Source: a virus. From it: a stretch of DNA of 64,000 nucleotides. The notes under the pieces were generated by a model. The model was not told the origin of the DNA. It worked only from the letters and a program-made list of their open reading frames with translations, and did no database searches. Both the position numbers and the translations under genes were made by a program. Location of the stretch: the IMG/VR virus record IMGVR_UViG_3300045988_125079, positions 79,838 to 143,837 of that record; one strand, written 5' to 3'. This document shows, in pieces, positions 20,277 to 31,745 of the stretch. The stretch's first letter is position 1; every line of letters starts with the position of its first letter.

Positions 20277-21327
20277 AAACAAACATGCCAGATTTTATAG
20301 AAACATAAAACCTAGACTGGGCAAAATCGGTAAATGCTAAAAATTTATTTGAAGGAAGGAATAATTATAGCTAAGGTAAATCCGCGAAAGAGAACGAAAG
20401 AACAATTCCAATATCTACTAGATGAGAAATTTGGACCAATTTATGAAGTCACTGGAGAGTACGTTGATAGCCAGACAAAAGTCGGGTTACTTTGCAAGGT
20501 GTGTGGAAATATATTTTATAAAGTACCTAATAAAATGACTTCCTGTGGCGAGGGCTGCTATTTTTGTAGTAAGAAAAATTGGCACAAAACAACCGAAAGC
20601 TTTCAAAAAGAGTTAGACAATAGATTCCCAAACACATACGAAGTTTTGACTGAATATGTAAAAGCACGGAAACCTCTTTTGGTGAAACGGATTCCATGTG
20701 GACATATTTATAAAGTATCACCTGATAATTTGTTGCGTGGAAAAGGTTGCGCTTTATGTACAATACGTCAATCTCATTATATGGATATCGTTGAAGACTA
20801 TTTTAAGAAACACAATATTATTTTTGAAAAAGAAAAAAGATTTGACGATTGCCGTAATATTCGTGTTTTACCTTTCGATTATTATATTCCAGATAAGAAT
20901 TTATGTATCGAGGTCGATGGTGAATTTCATTATCCACATGTCACATACGAAAAAAGTGATTAGACACTCAAAGGTGCTTCCCAGTAGGAGGCAGTCCATG
21001 AGCGTGATTTAATTAAAACCGCATACTGTGAACAAAATGGAATTGATTTACTACGACTTCCATATTTTGAAGAGAAAAATTTTGAAAAAATTCTTGATGA
21101 TAAATTCAATGCTAATACCGAGATAAATGAAGAAATTTCGCAAGGTTCTTCATCATTGTAACGCATAGGAGATGAATAAATATAATTCTCCCACGAGTGT
21201 CCAGCACAACAGTATATAGGACTGTTCGCAGAAATGCGCCTAACGTTAAACGAGGGTGAAAATATATGCTGACCTTACAGGAAACTGTAAGAATCGTTGG
21301 ATAAAAAGCCGACGAGTTAACATATTG
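20277..21327 (+). mobile_element. group I intron in terL (~1051 nt)
   Basis: Removing it joins ATLLV to CDEYRLLSKDVID, restoring the Walker B motif in one frame (491+1267 nt = 586 codons). P1 is UUGGU(20272-20276)/GCCAG(20287-20291) with a U-G wobble at the splice site. P10 is ACAU(20283-20286)/GUGU(21328-21331). The last intron nt, 21327, is G. A GAAA-capped hairpin sits at 21274-21291. Confidence 0.7.
20334..21161 (+). CDS. intron-encoded nuclease: tandem zinc-ribbon repeats plus PD-(D/E)XK (Vsr/DUF559-like) C-terminal domain (in-frame TAGs at 20961 and 20985)
   Basis: Two CxxC...GxGCxxC repeats, then FDYYIP...CIEVDGEFHY...ERD..K...GIDLLRLPY. The start codon is uncertain. Confidence 0.55.
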
Positions 21328-22594
21328 GTGTGATGAGTACCGTTTACTTTCTAAAGATGTTATTGATTTGATCTTGAAGAAGTTCCTGAATATTGTTCGT
21401 CATCCTGGATATTTGGATAAGCCACAATATACACATCTTGCAGAGCGAAACAAAGAATTCTACCTAAGTTCTGCTTGGTTCCAAAACCATTGGAGCTATG
21501 AAAAATGTCAGGACTATTTCGTAAATATGATCGACTTTAATAAAAAATATTTCTGCGTATCTTTCCCGTATCAAATGTCAATTAAGAGCGGTTTGCTGTT
21601 GAAAGAAGCTGTAGAGGACGAAATGAGTGAATCCAGTTTTTCTGATTTGACATTTGCAATGGAGAATGAATGTAAATGGCTTGGTGCTACTGAGGGTGGG
21701 CTATTCCAATTTGATGACATCAACAAAACACGCGTCATTGAAAAGGCGTTTTACGCACCGAATCTTTTACTTAATCAAGCTGCTATGGACGTACCAAAGA
21801 GGAAAAATGGCGAAGTACGAATTCTTACCGCAGATATTGCATTGATGAGCAGCCGCAAAAACGACAACGACGCAACTAGTATCTTTTTGAACTGTATGCT
21901 GCCAAATAAATCAGGGCGCTATACGAGTAATTTCGTTTACTCCGAGAATATAGAAGGTATGAGCATTCAAGACCAAGCGCTAAAACTGCGCCGCTATTTT
22001 GAATATTTTAACTGTGATTATCTTGGTATCGATGCCCGTTCAGTTGGTATTCCATTGATTGACCTACTCATGCGCGATATTTATGATCCTGAAATTGGTG
22101 AAACCTATCCAGCAATCAGTTGCTGCAACAATTCAGAAATCGCCGACCGTTGTTCAGATAAGGCTGCAAGGAAGGTCATTTGGGCTATTATGGGCAGTTC
22201 TCAGTTCAACAGCGATGTAGCCATTGGTTTGCGTAGCGGTTTTCAGCAGGGGCGCATTCACCTTCTGCAAAGTGAATATAGCTGCGAAGATCAGCTACGC
22301 AAGTTGTATAAGGGATACGATAAAATGTCGCCTAGCGAACGAGCTGCTCTACAAATGCCGTATATCAATACAGGTCTTGCAATAAACGAGCTCGTTAATT
22401 TGGGTTACGAAACAGTAAATAATGTAATCAAGGTCAAGGAGAAATCTGGGTGTCGTAAAGACCGTTACTCTTCCCTGTCCTACAATTATTATATCGCACA
22501 GCAAGTTGAGCGAAGTATGGAGAAACGGCACAATAAACCGAAGTTGCTCGATTTTAACTTCCGTGCGCCAGTATTGAAGAAGGGAGGGCTGTAA
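21328..22594 (+). CDS. terL: terminase large subunit, exon 2
   Basis: Begins (V)CDEYRLL and has no SD or start of its own. The nuclease-half region precedes the portal gene. Confidence 0.75.
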
Positions 22595-24114
22595 TGGCTG
22601 AAAATATAATGAATAAAAAGGTCATGGTCACGAATTCCAAAAGTGGAAAGACCTCCTATGTTACATATTCCGACTTGGTAAGTGGAGTTTATGCTAACTT
22701 ATCAAAGATTGGTATTCGTAACCTTGAATCCACATCAGAGACTAATCCGACATACACCAAGTATACGAAAGATCAAATCGTAAAATATCTTTCCAATCCA
22801 GCCAGCTACGAAAAGCAGCTACGAAATATGAGCAAATATCTGTTTAATATTTCAAACTACTATCGTCGGCTGATTCAGTATTTTGCGAATATGTCAACAT
22901 TTTCTTATGAACTTGTTCCCTACGGACTCGACAGATCTAAAAGTATCAACCTAAATAAGTTTAAGAAAGCATACTACGCGAGCTCTACAGCCGTTGAATT
23001 GATGAATATTCCTCACGAAGCAATCAAAATCTTAACGATTGCATTTCGCGACGACGTTTATTATGGATACGCATGGGAGACAAACGACAGCTTTGCTTTC
23101 CAAAATCTCGATGCAGACTATTGTAAGATCAGCAGCATTGAGGATGGTGTATACAATTTTGCATTCAACTTCTCATACTTTGATTCTAACACGGATAAGT
23201 TACCCAACTATCCACCCGAGTTCCAGACCATGTATAACACATACAAAACCAATACACAGTTGTACAAATGGCAAGAGCTGGACAGTTCTAAGTCTATCTG
23301 TATCAAGGTGAATGAGCATGACTATATTCCAATTCCGCCGTTTGTGAGCCTTTTTAGTGCTCTGGCTGACATTGAGGATTATCGTGCCATTAGTAAAAAC
23401 GCCAGTGAGGCAAATAACTATAAAGCCATTGCGATGGAAATTCCTATCAACGACGAAGATGGTACGTTTTTGATTGACTATGACACCGCTAAAGAGTTCT
23501 ACGACATGATGAGTAACGTGTTGCCACCGAATATTGGTGCGATTCTCACCCCCATGAAACTTACTGACTGGAATTTTGACAAGAGCGGTGTAAATAGTGA
23601 TACGAACGAGGTCGCAAAGGCCGAAGCAACACTATTTGCGCAAGCTGGTGTAAACAAAATCTTGTTTGGCGGCGGCGACGATCCGGCTGCTTCTACTCTA
23701 AATCTGTGTACTGTGAATGACCAAATGATCGTATTTGCAGTGATTCGTCAGTTGGAACGCTGGATCAACCGTAAACTCAAGAGCGTATCAAGTTCTTATA
23801 AATTCCGTATCAATTTCTTGCCTGTGACACATTATAACCGCGCCGAAATGCATGAGCGCTATTTAAAAGATGCTCAGTATGGTATTCCAACCCGTAGCGC
23901 TATTCTTGCAACTGCCGGGTTTGCTGGCACAGACTACGAAAATATGGCTTATCTCGAGAACGACGTTCTAAGTTTGAATACTGTTGAAGTTCCGCTTACA
24001 AGTTCCAACACACAGTCTAGTGCTGTTGATGAGGGCGGTAGGCCGTCTAATGCTAGTGAGGGTAAACAGTTAAGTGATGCTGGCGAAGTAACAGCAGATA
24101 GACAGGAGGAGTAA
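22594..24114 (+). CDS. portal protein (506 aa)
   Basis: Size and position directly after terL. GGGAGGG SD. No TAG codons. Confidence 0.7.
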   Translation: MAENIMNKKVMVTNSKSGKTSYVTYSDLVSGVYANLSKIGIRNLESTSETNPTYTKYTKDQIVKYLSNPASYEKQLRNMSKYLFNISNYYRRLIQYFANMSTFSYELVPYGLDRSKSINLNKFKKAYYASSTAVELMNIPHEAIKILTIAFRDDVYYGYAWETNDSFAFQNLDADYCKISSIEDGVYNFAFNFSYFDSNTDKLPNYPPEFQTMYNTYKTNTQLYKWQELDSSKSICIKVNEHDYIPIPPFVSLFSALADIEDYRAISKNASEANNYKAIAMEIPINDEDGTFLIDYDTAKEFYDMMSNVLPPNIGAILTPMKLTDWNFDKSGVNSDTNEVAKAEATLFAQAGVNKILFGGGDDPAASTLNLCTVNDQMIVFAVIRQLERWINRKLKSVSSSYKFRINFLPVTHYNRAEMHERYLKDAQYGIPTRSAILATAGFAGTDYENMAYLENDVLSLNTVEVPLTSSNTQSSAVDEGGRPSNASEGKQLSDAGEVTADRQEE

Positions 24115-24115
24115 C

Positions 24116-24331
24116 ATGACACAATATCTATGCGAAATAGTCGTGCATGGTTCTCGTGCCGCCGGGATGTCGAAGTTTTTGACAGACCGTGGCGCTCTCC
24201 TGCTACGAAAAGATCCACCAAATAACTATGTATTTATCAATGATAATGTATTTGAAAATGCTCTGGCTGAGTTGCAGATTGCAATTCGCCAGGGCTTTTA
24301 TTTTGCGGACGAGGAGGTGAAAACAGAATGA
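24116..24331 (+). CDS. hypothetical protein (71 aa)
   Basis: AGGAGGAG SD. Coupled to its neighbours. Confidence 0.55.
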   Translation: MTQYLCEIVVHGSRAAGMSKFLTDRGALLLRKDPPNNYVFINDNVFENALAELQIAIRQGFYFADEEVKTE

Positions 24332-25962
24332 ATCAACGATATCCAATCTCTTTTTCAAAGAAGAACGAATATGAAACTTCTGATTTTCGCTTCATTGATG
24401 TCTATATTGATGTGATGCATACAGGGACAAACCTTAACAAGACCAGTTTCACGAAAGACGCTATCAATAAGGCCGTCCCAACTATCGCTAATATGCCGAT
24501 TCTTGGCTATGTGGTAAACGAACTAGATGACGAGGATAAAGACTTTAAAGGTCACGAACACGAGCTGAGGATTACCGATACCGATGTTAAATATCTGTAT
24601 GCTGGACAAGCTTATGGCGTAATTCCTGAATCCTGCAATCCACGTTGGGTTATTAAAGATGACGGAACCGGCACAGAACGTGAATATTTGCGTGTTGACG
24701 GGTTGATTTGGACAAAGTTTGGCGACCCAGTTGATATCTTCACTCGTGATGTGACAAAAAACCACAGCGTCGAGCTGACAGATATGATTTGTGGCGTAAA
24801 AGGCGACGATGGGATTACCCCTGTTTTATCTTTTAAGTTTGATGGTTGCTGCATTCTGTCGACCACTGACCCGAAGATTCAGCCTGCAATGACTGGGAGC
24901 TGTGTGACGGCCAATTTTTCCGTTGACGATATCACATCTCAAATTCGAGAGCGACTCTACGAGTATCAGGCTCTCACGCAGAATTATGCTGCACAAAATG
25001 AAAATCCATCCGATGAGGAGAAAGGAGATAAAACACCAATGAATGAAAACGAGAAGAATACGACCGTGGCTGAAAATCCTGAAACCGTGACTCCTCCGGC
25101 AGAAAATACAGTACAGGAGCCCGACGTCCAGACTGCCGAGAATACTACTTCGGCAGATGGCGAAGGTGAGACTCCTGCGGCTGAAAATGCTGCAAAAAAT
25201 GAGGGCGAGGATGAATCTGCTCCGGCTGAAAATACAGCACCGGCATCTGAAGATGAGCCCACCGTTACTGGAAACAAGGAATTTACTCTAACTACGGTTC
25301 AACTGATGGACGAGATCGGTACTAAACTTGCCGAGCACACTCATCCTTCTAGTTGGGATTCTGAGTATATGATTCCAGATTTCTATTTTGAAGATCTGAT
25401 GCCTGAGACAGTGGTGGTTCGTTGCTCCAAGACATGGCAGCTAATGGGCATTCCCTACTCTATGAATGGCGACAATGTTGTTCTGGATTATGAGAATATC
25501 AAGCGCATGAAGGTTACATATGAGGATTGGGATGAGGGTGAAGTGATGCCTGGCACTATTGCCGCCTTTACTACCCTGACTGACAAACTTGTTGAACTGT
25601 CTGATAGCTTTACTAAAGCAGCCAATGAAGTTAGTGAAATCAAACCCAAACTAGAATCATATCAGAAGGCCGAAGCTGAGGCAGCCGCCGCAGCAGAAAA
25701 GGCTAAGCGTGATGAGCTGTTCTCTATTATGGATGAAAAGCTTGGCGCAAATGCGGAATATACCGCACTAAAGGAGAATACGGAGATTACTTATGCCGAG
25801 CTGGAGACTAAGTGCTATGCACTGGTTGGCCGTCAGTCCGCTGAGTTCTCTTATGTTCCCACAACTAACAACAAAGGAACTGTCCGCTTTGGCGTGGGTG
25901 GCACCCAGAACGGTTCAGACGCCGCGTATGGTGGCCTGATGGAACACTATCTCGGCAAGTAA
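24328..25962 (+). CDS. head morphogenesis protein, protease/scaffold-like (544 aa)
   Basis: Sits between the portal and capsid genes. Globular N-terminal domain, acidic Pro/Glu/Thr-rich linker, coiled-coil C-terminus. Confidence 0.5.
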   Translation: MNQRYPISFSKKNEYETSDFRFIDVYIDVMHTGTNLNKTSFTKDAINKAVPTIANMPILGYVVNELDDEDKDFKGHEHELRITDTDVKYLYAGQAYGVIPESCNPRWVIKDDGTGTEREYLRVDGLIWTKFGDPVDIFTRDVTKNHSVELTDMICGVKGDDGITPVLSFKFDGCCILSTTDPKIQPAMTGSCVTANFSVDDITSQIRERLYEYQALTQNYAAQNENPSDEEKGDKTPMNENEKNTTVAENPETVTPPAENTVQEPDVQTAENTTSADGEGETPAAENAAKNEGEDESAPAENTAPASEDEPTVTGNKEFTLTTVQLMDEIGTKLAEHTHPSSWDSEYMIPDFYFEDLMPETVVVRCSKTWQLMGIPYSMNGDNVVLDYENIKRMKVTYEDWDEGEVMPGTIAAFTTLTDKLVELSDSFTKAANEVSEIKPKLESYQKAEAEAAAAAEKAKRDELFSIMDEKLGANAEYTALKENTEITYAELETKCYALVGRQSAEFSYVPTTNNKGTVRFGVGGTQNGSDAAYGGLMEHYLGK

Positions 25963-25992
25963 ATAATTCAAAATTTTAGGAGGTACATAATT

Positions 25993-26502
25993 ATGGCAAA
26001 TACTAAGCATGCTGTTGTGCGCACTGATAATCTGGGTGGCACCAAGAATGGTGAGCAGCTGGCAAGTGTAATTTTCTATTCTAGCGATGCTCCCGCAGCA
26101 ATTGACAACGGCAACATCGTTGTTCTGGGCGAGAAGCTGGGTCGTGAGGCTTACAAGGCTACCGCTCCCGCTGCTGGCGCTGTGGCTGAGGATCTGTATG
26201 TGATTGCAGAAGAGGAACTGTTCTATGATCAGACTGTCGCTCACTATCTGACCGAGTGGGTCAACGAGGCCGGCAAGACTATTCGCGCTTATTCTCTGGA
26301 CTCCAAGGGTGGTTTCTCTGTGACTGCCGAGGCTTTTGACGGTACTCCCGAAGTTGGTAAGACTGTTGGTTTTACTGCTGGTTCTACCAAGATTAAGGTC
26401 GAGGATACTAAGGGTGATGCTACTTTCGGCACTATCCTGGAAAAGGAGACTGTTGGTTTTGGTGAAGGTAAGTACACCTACTTCTACATTGGCCTGAAGT
26501 AA
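25993..26502 (+). CDS. head decoration or auxiliary capsid protein (169 aa)
   Basis: AGGAGG SD. Codon usage looks highly expressed. A terminator follows. Confidence 0.45.
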   Translation: MANTKHAVVRTDNLGGTKNGEQLASVIFYSSDAPAAIDNGNIVVLGEKLGREAYKATAPAAGAVAEDLYVIAEEELFYDQTVAHYLTEWVNEAGKTIRAYSLDSKGGFSVTAEAFDGTPEVGKTVGFTAGSTKIKVEDTKGDATFGTILEKETVGFGEGKYTYFYIGLK

Positions 26503-26529
26503 TCCAAAGTTTATTATGAAATCTACATG

Positions 26530-26565
26530 AAGCCGTCCGTTTGTCGGGCGGCCTTATTTTTGTTT
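26530..26565 (+). terminator. rho-independent terminator
   Basis: Stem GCCGUCCG/CGGGCGGC followed by a T-rich tail. Confidence 0.6.
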
Positions 26566-26579
26566 TAGGAGGTTTAATT

Positions 26580-27575
26580 ATGGCTATTGATTCTAATCTG
26601 ATCAAGCTGGCTGTCGATGGTTACAAGGGCCACGTCGCTGGTGACTACTCTGTTGGAGATACTCAGGAGGCTCTGCGCAATGCACTGGTCGAGGCAAATG
26701 GCGGCTCCACCAAGCTGGATCTGAAGGCAATTCGTGATGGTAAGTGCAATGGTGTGTTTGCTATCGTTGAGGAACTGGTGAATGTCATCCATGAGGAAGG
26801 TCTGAAGGGTGATGAGTTCTTCATGAATATGGTCGAAGACCGCAATACGTCTCTGGGCGACACTAACAAGTTCCATATTGAGAAGGAGTGCCTGTTTGCT
26901 ATTGCAGATATCGCTGAGGGTACTCAGGGTGTTCGTCGTCAGCGCATCGAGGCTGGTACTGACGTTACTGTCAACACCCAGCTGCGTGCCGTTAAGATCT
27001 ATGAGGAACTGAATCGTGTTCTGGCTGGCCGTATCGACTTCAACAAGTTCGTTGACATTGTTGGCAAGTCTTTCACCAAGCAGGAACTGGATGCTGCTTA
27101 TGCTGCTTTTGTTGGTATGTTCTCTAAGCTGCAGGCTCCGTATACTGTGACTGGTACTTATGATGAGGAGAAGCTGCTGGATCTGATCGAGCATGTTGAG
27201 GCTTCTACTGGCGAGAAGGCAACTATTATCGGTACTAAGAAGGCTCTGCGCAAGATCAAGACAGCTAATATGTCTGACTCTGCCAAGGAACAGGCTTATG
27301 CTATGGGTTATATTGGAGCTCTGGCTGGTACTCCCCTGGTGGCTGTTGCACAGCGTCACGCTTATGGTACTGATGACTTTATCCTGGATGACAACACCAT
27401 CTACGTGTTTGCTGGCGATACCAAGCCCATTAAGCGCGTTACCGAGGGTGATGTCACTATGCTGATGGGTAATCCCATGGATAACGCTGATATGACTCAG
27501 GAGTTCCTGATGATGAAGCGTACCGGCATTGCCGTTATCTTTGATCGTGACTTTGGCGTGTATAAGCTGTCCTGA
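26580..27575 (+). CDS. major capsid protein (331 aa)
   Basis: ATG at 26580 after AGGAGG. Position after the scaffold gene. Strongly biased codon usage and flanking terminators. Confidence 0.6.
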   Translation: MAIDSNLIKLAVDGYKGHVAGDYSVGDTQEALRNALVEANGGSTKLDLKAIRDGKCNGVFAIVEELVNVIHEEGLKGDEFFMNMVEDRNTSLGDTNKFHIEKECLFAIADIAEGTQGVRRQRIEAGTDVTVNTQLRAVKIYEELNRVLAGRIDFNKFVDIVGKSFTKQELDAAYAAFVGMFSKLQAPYTVTGTYDEEKLLDLIEHVEASTGEKATIIGTKKALRKIKTANMSDSAKEQAYAMGYIGALAGTPLVAVAQRHAYGTDDFILDDNTIYVFAGDTKPIKRVTEGDVTMLMGNPMDNADMTQEFLMMKRTGIAVIFDRDFGVYKLS

Positions 27576-27598
27576 TCATCAAATTAAAATGTTACATG

Positions 27599-27630
27599 GG
27601 CGGTAGGGGCTTCCCCGCCGCTTCTTATTA
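27599..27630 (+). terminator. rho-independent terminator
   Basis: GC-rich hairpin GGCGG..GGGG/CCCC..CCGCC followed by a T-rich tail. Confidence 0.5.
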
Positions 27631-27644
27631 TATAGGAGGAAATA

Positions 27645-28178
27645 ATGGCAAGACGTGCAACTACAAAACCTGCGGCTCCAAAGGCAACTGCTGCAAAGAC
27701 TCCTGTTGAGCAGCCAGTTGTTTCTGCTGCAGAGATTACAAATGAAACTATGGTCGAGTGTCGAAGTGGCGTCTCTGGCAGCCTGATCTACAAATCCTCA
27801 CTAAACCCCGGCTATGTAGTCGAGTGGAGCGGTCTGGGTGAAATTCAGGAGATGGAGTATCGCGAGCTCGTTTCTATGCGTGGCAATCAGCGCCGTTTCT
27901 TTGAGGAGAATTGGATTTTGATTGATGATCCCGCAGTTATCAAGAAGCTGGGTGTCGGTCGCTACTACCAGAATAGCCTGTCTACTGATGACTTCGAGGA
28001 TGTATTTAATATGTCTGCTGATGAAATCAAGGAGATCGTGCCTACTTTGCCTGGAGGCACTAAGGATGCCATCGCATCTGAGGCCAAGAAAAAGATCGAT
28101 TCTGGCGAGCTGGACAGTCGCAGCGCTATCAAGGCGCTGGAAGACTCTCTGGATATTGAGTTGGAAGATACTATCTAA
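27645..28178 (+). CDS. hypothetical head-associated protein (177 aa)
   Basis: AGGAGGA SD. Lies in the head module. Confidence 0.5.
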   Translation: MARRATTKPAAPKATAAKTPVEQPVVSAAEITNETMVECRSGVSGSLIYKSSLNPGYVVEWSGLGEIQEMEYRELVSMRGNQRRFFEENWILIDDPAVIKKLGVGRYYQNSLSTDDFEDVFNMSADEIKEIVPTLPGGTKDAIASEAKKKIDSGELDSRSAIKALEDSLDIELEDTI

Positions 28179-28194
28179 GTAAAGGAGGCGGGCT

Positions 28195-28629
28195 ATGGCA
28201 ACCACTTTTGAAAGTATCTATGCCCGCTGTCGTGGGCGAATCAAAGATTATGACAAGGAAGGCTACACAGACGAAATGTTTGCGGCTGTTGAAAAAGACC
28301 TGCTGCAAGCAGCGATTGATGACTTCGTAGATATCTGCGCTCAAGATCTGACCGATTATGATGAGGAACTCGAAGAATTCAATATTACGCTGACCCGTAA
28401 AGAGCAGAGTATTCTCGCGCTAAGCATGATTGTTCATTGGTTGGAGCCTTATGTCTATAATTCCGATGCACTGAAAAACGCCATGAGTACAAAGGATTTT
28501 TCTATGTTCTCCCCTGCTAAACTACTCGAACAGATGAAAGGATTGTTAGAGTAGTCACAGAAAAAGCTGAAAGCCGAGATGAATCTATATTCATTCAAGG
28601 TCAACAGTGTTTCTGCGCTGACTGAGTAA
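28195..28629 (+). CDS. head-tail connector candidate (144 aa, in-frame TAG at 28552)
   Basis: The frame continues 24 codons past the TAG to a TAA that abuts the next SD. Confidence 0.5.
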
Positions 28630-28640
28630 GGTGGTGGACT

Positions 28641-29666
28641 ATGACGCGTTCACAGTATCGAAAAATACTTAATCTCAATGGTTCAACTCAGCGTGATAGA
28701 ATTATTAATAAATCAATACACGACCAAAACAAACTGGCACCTGTAAGCCCCTCGTATAAAAATGTTACAATTGATGATGTCCCGCGCAAATTAAACATTA
28801 TCTCTTCTACTGTCATGAATCAGAAAATTATACATACTCTTCCAGGCGAAGACTTCGTTATTGGTAGTATTGTCTATTAGAGCAAGAGCCACTGGTTAAT
28901 TACCGAGCGCGACGCAGAAGATGAGATTACCGTGCGTGGTCGTATTCAGATCTGTCAAAAACAGATTACTTGGCAAGACGACAATACACATGAGATACGA
29001 TCTCTGTGGGCTACAGTTGAAAAGCCGTATTATTCCAATCTGGAGGAGAACAAAACACTTAGTTATTCTACACGCGAATTCCGTATTCAAATGCCTTTTG
29101 ATGAATATTCAGCAAATTTAAATATTGGCAAGCGTCTGATGTTAGAGATCGTTAATGGTGTACCTAAAACATATCGTATAACTTCAATTGACCAGATGAC
29201 AAGTCGAATTGATTACAATGGTGAGCAGGTCGGATTCCTTTCTTTCAATGTCGAGCAGGATTTGTACAACCCTGATACCGATAATACAGAGAAGATGATA
29301 TGCGACTATGTCCCCATTGACGACGCAAAAGAAGATCCGCCTGAAATTGTATATCCGCCCGTGGAAGATGATACGTCTGAATATAAACTATCGATCGATT
29401 TTACCGGAGCACCTACTATTCAAACTGGCGGCTTTGGAAAATTGTTTACGGCAAAAATCGATGATGAAGTCTGCGAAGAAGCCGTTTGGACTTTGACAGG
29501 TGACCATGTTCCTGATGAGATACATTTTAAAAATGCGGCTGATTCTGTGTCTAACGCAAAATGTAAAGTAGTTTGCGCTGATAATCCAAAATTGATTGGG
29601 ACGGCTATTATTTTAAGAGTTCAGTCTGGCAAATTGACCGCCAATATAGAATTGGAGGTGATCTGA
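28641..29666 (+). CDS. structural protein, head-tail joining region (341 aa, in-frame TAG at 28878)
   Basis: Track ORFs 28641..28880 and 28932..29666 share one frame with no other stop between them. Confidence 0.55.
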
Positions 29667-29667
29667 C

Positions 29668-30168
29668 GTGAATCTTGAAGAAGTCGGTTCTTTCAAAAAT
29701 AAAGTCGTATCAAAACTGATAAACGATGACAATGTTCTTGATGTGCTACTTGGTGACATTGATAATGTTGATGACCCTGAAACTATCCTGCTTGGCAAGG
29801 ATGGGTCAGGGAAGGGCGGTTGTGTGTTTAAGTATGAGTATGTGCCCGATACACAAGAAAACTCTAAAACCTTTTTGTGTATTGAGGTTGTACCGCAGGA
29901 GACTGATGGCGATACGATCACAGATATGATTATTTACGTATTTATATATTGTAGTAAAAACCTCATGCAGACATATCACCGTAAAGGACAAGCCGGCACT
30001 CGCGTTGATATTCTCGCCAGTGATATTGATAAGATTCTAAATGGTAACGCAGAGTTTGGAATTGGTCCACTTGAATGGATGGGTAGTAGTATTTATAAAC
30101 CCGCACAGCCCTATTATGGCCGTATGCTCATTTATCGTGTTGGAACTTTTCGGAGGACAAAACGATGA
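29668..30168 (+). CDS. structural protein (166 aa)
   Basis: GTG start after GGAGGTG. Confidence 0.5.
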   Translation: MNLEEVGSFKNKVVSKLINDDNVLDVLLGDIDNVDDPETILLGKDGSGKGGCVFKYEYVPDTQENSKTFLCIEVVPQETDGDTITDMIIYVFIYCSKNLMQTYHRKGQAGTRVDILASDIDKILNGNAEFGIGPLEWMGSSIYKPAQPYYGRMLIYRVGTFRRTKR

Positions 30169-30968
30169 TTCGACTAACTTATATGGACCATATTAGTCCC
30201 TATGGCGTTGCTTTACGAAACATTGGGCGTATTCATTCTCCCGTTTTAGATAACGTATTAAAAATGGGATATAACCAATATCAAAGAATATTAACATTAT
30301 TTTTATATACCCCAGAGAAATATTTTATGGACGCTTCTACTGAAGCAAAAATAGAAAATCCATAGAATCAATTAACAAATGAGCAAAAGAACAATATTAC
30401 GATGTACGATATTCTGACATCAAATGATGAAACCAGGTCCGAATTGATTTCGGGTCTGGCTCTTTTTGTTTCTGGAGATCTTGAGTGGGATGAAAAGCAT
30501 CAGGCTATTTTAATCAATAAGGAAGTTGACGATGAAGGCAAAATGTCTGTTGGTGGTCTTATTGATAAGTCGAACTATAAAATTGTCATTCAAGTTATTT
30601 TACAAATGCTTGATATTTCAGATGACGACATGCCTGAAGAAAATCCAAAATTTAAAAGTGAAAAAGATCGTTTGTTTTAGGAGCGGTTTCAGAAGAAAAA
30701 GAAAGAATTTGCGAAATCAAAAAAAGGCGACCCCAATTTAGAATTGCCCAATATGATTTCGCTTTTATGTACATTTCATCAAAGTTTGAACTACTCGAAT
30801 ATTTGTGAACTCACCATTGGGCAAATACGTGATACGTTTTCCCAACTGATGAAGGCAAAACAATTAAATATTGCAGAAATGAACTATTCCGTTTGGGGCG
30901 GTAAATACGATCCGTCACAATGGATAGAACGAATTGATAAAACACAGGAGGAAAATAACTATGGCTAA
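30165..30968 (+). CDS. structural protein (267 aa, in-frame TAGs at 30363 and 30678)
   Basis: Three same-frame track ORFs are joined by TAG. The gene ends 8 nt into the tail-tube gene. Confidence 0.55.
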
Positions 30969-31692
30969 TAAAAATGCAAATTTCGCCAACCGTGAAGTTG
31001 CCGATCTGATGCTGATGGACTATTCCACTAAGAAGATGTTCCTGAATGTGGATTGGGCTAACGTCACCTCTACTTCTTTTGAGGGTGATCGTGTGTTTGC
31101 TACCGGCGGTCAGGGCGCTCCCAACCGTGTGCAGTTCGACGGCTCTCGTACTGGTACTCTGACCATCGAAGCTCAGGTTTATCCTGTCAAGGTCTTCCAG
31201 ATGCTGTCTGGTAACGATCTGGGCACTGAGGCCAATTTCCTGAAGCGCGAGAAGGTTACTGCTGCTGATGCTACCAAGCTGACTCTGACTGATGCTGCAG
31301 CAGGTACTTACGTCCAGGTCTTTAAGGCTGACGATGATCTGGGTACCGAGCTGACTGCTACCGTTGCTGATAAAGAAGTCACTGTTACTGTCGAGAGTGG
31401 TGTTGAGTACGTTGTGTACTACTACAAAAAGGCCGCCAAACCTCAGGTTGTCCGCCTTGATTCCAAGCACTTCCCCAAGGCATATCATATCGAAGGCTCT
31501 GTTCCCTACAAGACCGAGAACGATGAGATTGTCGAGGCACATCCGATCTGGTATAAGGCCGCTCCTCAAGCTGCTTTCGAGCTGTCTTGGCAGAACACTG
31601 GTGACCCCGTCTCTCTGACCATGACCTTCGACGTTATGGCCGATGCTGATGGCAACATTTATGACATGATCTATGAAAATGGCCAGGAGTAA
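30961..31692 (+). CDS. major tail (tube) protein (243 aa)
   Basis: ATG after AGGAGGA. Position upstream of the chaperone and tape-measure genes. Codon usage looks highly expressed and a terminator follows. Confidence 0.55.
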   Translation: MANKNANFANREVADLMLMDYSTKKMFLNVDWANVTSTSFEGDRVFATGGQGAPNRVQFDGSRTGTLTIEAQVYPVKVFQMLSGNDLGTEANFLKREKVTAADATKLTLTDAAAGTYVQVFKADDDLGTELTATVADKEVTVTVESGVEYVVYYYKKAAKPQVVRLDSKHFPKAYHIEGSVPYKTENDEIVEAHPIWYKAAPQAAFELSWQNTGDPVSLTMTFDVMADADGNIYDMIYENGQE

Positions 31693-31713
31693 TTCCTAAG
31701 CAAATACATCAGA

Positions 31714-31745
31714 GGTAGAGTCTTTCGAGGCTCTACCCCTTTTAT
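31714..31745 (+). terminator. rho-independent terminator
   Basis: Stem GGUAGAG/CUCUACC followed by CCUUUUAU. Confidence 0.6.

Noticed and set aside
26574-27359. 261-aa ORF antisense to the capsid gene. Similar antisense ORFs lie at 30811..31569, 54948..55904, 60016..60519, 4796..5575 and 1652..2422.
   Set aside because: These are shadow ORFs opposite strongly supported genes. They have no SD, low-complexity composition, and would break the operon organisation.
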